Positions 60,748 to 64,000 of a stretch of DNA of 64,000 bases are shown here, one piece after another. Made by a program: the position numbers and the translations under genes. Location of the stretch: the NCBI GenBank assembly GCA_973895155.1, contig OZ316895.1, positions 13,193,186 to 13,257,185 on the forward strand. The letters are read 5' to 3'. The stretch is from Marsupella aquatica (taxonomy: Eukaryota; Plantae; Marchantiophyta). The notes below the pieces were generated by a model, which saw only the letters and a list, made by a program, of their open reading frames with translations, made no database searches and had not been told where the DNA came from. Positions within the stretch are counted from its first letter, which is position 1, and the number at the start of each line of letters is the position of its first letter.

Positions 60748-63030
60748 ATGCGGATGAATGACGACCTCACCATATCCCAGTGGAATGTCGGGGGTATTAG
60801 CAACCCACTGAAAGTGAATAAAATTGGAGGATGGTTACGGAAAAGTAAGCAGGAAAACTTTATCTTATGCCTACAAGAGCTTAAGATCAAGAAGGACAGA
60901 GCACTGTTTTGGCTTGGAGTGCTGAGCAGTGAAGGCCCAAAAATGATGGACTACAATGACCCCAGGAGAGTAGGAGCTAAGCAATACCAGATTCTCGATC
61001 CATGAAGGGAAGGAGATGGAACTTTTGATTGGGCTAGCATTCAAACTGCTGTCGGGGAGGTAAGCATTGGATCTATGTACGCCCCAAATGAGAGGAGAGC
61101 CCCAATTGCAATGTGGAAATGGCTAACACAAAATTTCAAAACCTCCAATGGGATCCTTAGCGGAGATTGAAACATGATCGACCTTTGGGATGACGCGGGC
61201 CTAATGCTCTGGTCCAAGGATCAGAAGCCCGTGCATGGAACAAGCTCATTGACGACTTCGACATGGTCCACAATTACCTTTGTTCAGGTATTTCTGATCA
61301 CATCCCGCTGGTGACCACCTTCGTCCGACAGCATAACCTACCAATCGGACAAGACAAAAAAGGGTCCTTCTGGACGCAGCCATCATTGACTCCCCAGCGA
61401 TGAAGCAGGAGCTAGAAAGTTTCTGGCGTCAAAAGATGGTGGAGAACAGAGACCCAAGGATTAGCTGGGACCTAGCCTAAGGGGCTGTCAAGAAATTCCT
61501 ACAATCGGAGAAAGGAAACATATAGAAATGAAGGACTCATGTACACCGCATTGGGAAACACTTGCAGGAGCTGAGAACTGCTGAGGGAGAGAATCCCACC
61601 CTTGTGAATCTGAGGAGCCAAGAAACGAGAGAGAGGACCCAAAAAGTAGCGCAAGAAGAAGCAATCAAACTCAGACGTAAGAGCCGGGTCCGATGGCTGC
61701 AATTAGGAGAAGCCCCAACCAAATACTTTTTCAACCAATTAAAGGCAAAGGCAAAGCATGCCAGAGAGAGCATCAATGAGGTGAGATTGCAAACCCCAAC
61801 CAAATACTTTTTCAACCAATTAAAGGCAAAGGCAAAGCATGCCAGAGAGAGCATCAATGAGGTGAGATTGCAAACTGGAGAAGAAGGAAGGACCCTACAG
61901 GGATACACAATCTCTACTCCACTGTAATCAAAGGATCCAAAAGTGATGCAACACCAGACGCTACAAGAGGAGGTGCTAGGGCTTCTTACGAAGAAGGTGA
62001 CTCATGCTGAGAACCAGGCTATTGGCGCGAGGACAAGATTGAGCAGATGATTGCCCGGCTACCCAAAGACAAATCTCCAGGGATCGATAGAGTGACTGTG
62101 GAGGTGCTCGACAAGGGCTGGACCTATGTGAGACCGGCTTGTTGAGATGATCCAAGCTTACTGGCGGGATGGGAAGGCCACCTCTAGGCGGGCCTCTAGG
62201 GCCTCGGCTGGTGTTATTAGACTCATTCCTAAAAACATGGAGATCATAGACCTCAACAACTGGAGATCCTTAACCATGCTCATTTTGACCGAAAAGCTTC
62301 AGTAATTGCTTGCCAACAGGATCAAGAAGGAAGGTTGCGAGCAAGCTGGTCGACTCTCAATAAACCGGGTTCTTGGAGGGCAGAGACATTACAGACAACC
62401 TGATGACATCTAAGCTCAGTCAGGAGCTTGCCACAGTCAACAAGCAACCGCTAATTTTCCCAAACTTCATTTGTGAAAGCATATGATAGGTGGAGCACTC
62501 TTTCATAGGCAGTCATGAAAGCTATGGAATATCAAGAGACGGTCATCATGCTGGTGGAAGGAACTCAATCCAAAGTGCACATTAATGGTAAGTTCACCAA
62601 GCCGATCCACCTGGATAGAGGGGTAAGACAGGTGTGCCCACTTTCTTCTATTCTCTTTACCTTGACAATGCAACCACTGATTGGCATTGCTCAAGGACAC
62701 TCGAAGTGGAAGGGATGCAACTCCACAATGGAAGCCGGCTAGTGTCATCAGCTCTTTGCTGATGACACCGGCCTTTTCATTGCTGCTAATGAACAGGAGT
62801 TTAAGAACGCAGGAGATACCATTCAGAAGTACGAACACATCTTCGGGCCCTTCTAAACATTCAGAAATCCAAAATTATTTTGCTTTTCTTGGAGGAAGGG
62901 GTTTACCATCGGTGGCTACAAGAGGCAGGCTGCAGCATTGCTAAGGAAGGGGAGATCAACCGAGTACTTGGGCTGCCCTATTGGAGCCCTATTGGATACA
63001 GTCAGGCCACTTGTTTCTATGTAGGCAAAA
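60748..63030 (+). mobile_element. Degenerate L1-like LINE ORF2 (APE endonuclease + reverse transcriptase)
   Basis: Across frames: SQWNVGGISNP, ILCLQELKI, MYAPN (endonuclease); RVRWLQLGEAPTKYFF, KSPGID, NNWRSLTML, KAYDRVEH, GVRQVCPLS, LFADDT (RT). Many frameshifts. Confidence 0.9.
61713..61874 (+). repeat. Perfect 81-bp tandem duplication inside the LINE
   Basis: PTKYFFNQLKAKAKHARESINEVRLQT is encoded twice with identical DNA. Confidence 0.95.
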
Positions 63031-63819
63031 ATATGTCATTTTTTGCTCCACACTCCCCTTACAAAAACCCGATACATTTGGCCCTCATGTTTTACTCAGC
63101 AAAATGCAGCTGGGAAGGGGAAGGGGGGCCAAGGGGGGTGGCTGCGTGTTAAGGCTAGCCAATAGAGACTTGCAACATGGCAGCCGAAACCCATATACGA
63201 GTTAATACTGACCCTAATACAAAATGAGGTTGGGTTGATAATTAATTTTGATTGGGGGGCACATTAATAATATCGGGTAATTTAAGGGACATATTAGTAA
63301 AAAGTTGTAAAGGGCTATGGGTTATCTGTAGCTCTCATTATACACTAAAGAGATTCAATTTGAGTAGTAACTAGCCCCAACTACCTTTTTTTGAACATGA
63401 ATATTTTATAGTACAATAAATGTGTCACCAACTTATATTCCCTACTATTCACATTCTTAGGAAAGTTAATCATCATGTGTGTCATCATTTTAATAATCAT
63501 ACAGACATACCATTCTTTCCCTTCACCCCTTTATTGGGTTTTTTTGCCTTTGGCACCATGTCTCTCTGTTTGGTGCTCCTGCCTTTTTTGTTTGGCACTC
63601 CTGCCTTTTTGGCAGTGTGATATATTTCGTACATAACCTATCATTCTCCTTTCCATGTACATCCATTTTTTCTATGCAAATATGTTATAGTGAAGCCATA
63701 GAGCACCCAGGTTTAACCTGACGGGCAAGTTTATGGCTTGCCGGGCACATAAAACCGTCAAAAGACGGTCCCAAAACGGCCAGTTTGATGTATATTCTTT
63801 GATATTCCCCTGTACTCCC

Positions 63820-64000
63820 CCGGTCCGCTGACTCCTGACCCGACCCGACTCCTGAACCGCCTGGGAACCCGCTCGGACCCAGCCTCCCGAACTGCTACCC
63901 GGCCTCCCGAACCGTTCCTGAACTCCTCCCCAACCTCCCGAACCCCTCCCCGACCCCTACCGAAATGCCTCCTCGGCCTCCCAAACCCATTCTAAACCCC
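63820..64000 (+). repeat. C-rich short repeats (CCTCCCGAAC/CTCCTGAAC), probably the subterminal region of a transposon running off the window
   Basis: Repeated CTCC(C/T)GAAC-like units up to the window end. Confidence 0.5.

Overview
Eukaryotic land-plant nuclear DNA, most likely a bryophyte such as a liverwort (inferred from gene style and TE content, not proven). I can reconstruct three protein-coding genes: (1) an intronless class I TCP transcription factor (+, 14484-16256) inside a ~9 kb GC-rich, apparently TE-free island; (2) a 7-exon SAM-methyltransferase-fold protein, probably plastid-targeted and membrane-anchored (-, 40541-36440); (3) a 6-exon CCDC115/Vma22 V-ATPase assembly factor (+, 52039-54208). 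The rest is TE-rich. It holds a full-length but decayed Ty1/copia element (42099-48396; both LTRs, PBS, PPT, 5-bp TSD) nested in a foldback element, a degenerate L1-like LINE, two CRE-like REL-endonuclease retrotransposon relics, a CACTA-like element, several MITEs and many local tandem duplications. The most interesting unexplained signals are around the TCP gene: candidate antisense or divergent transcription starts, clustered TCP-binding sites and an open in-frame N-terminal extension. I found no tRNA, rRNA, CRISPR array or recognisable conserved miRNA by eye.
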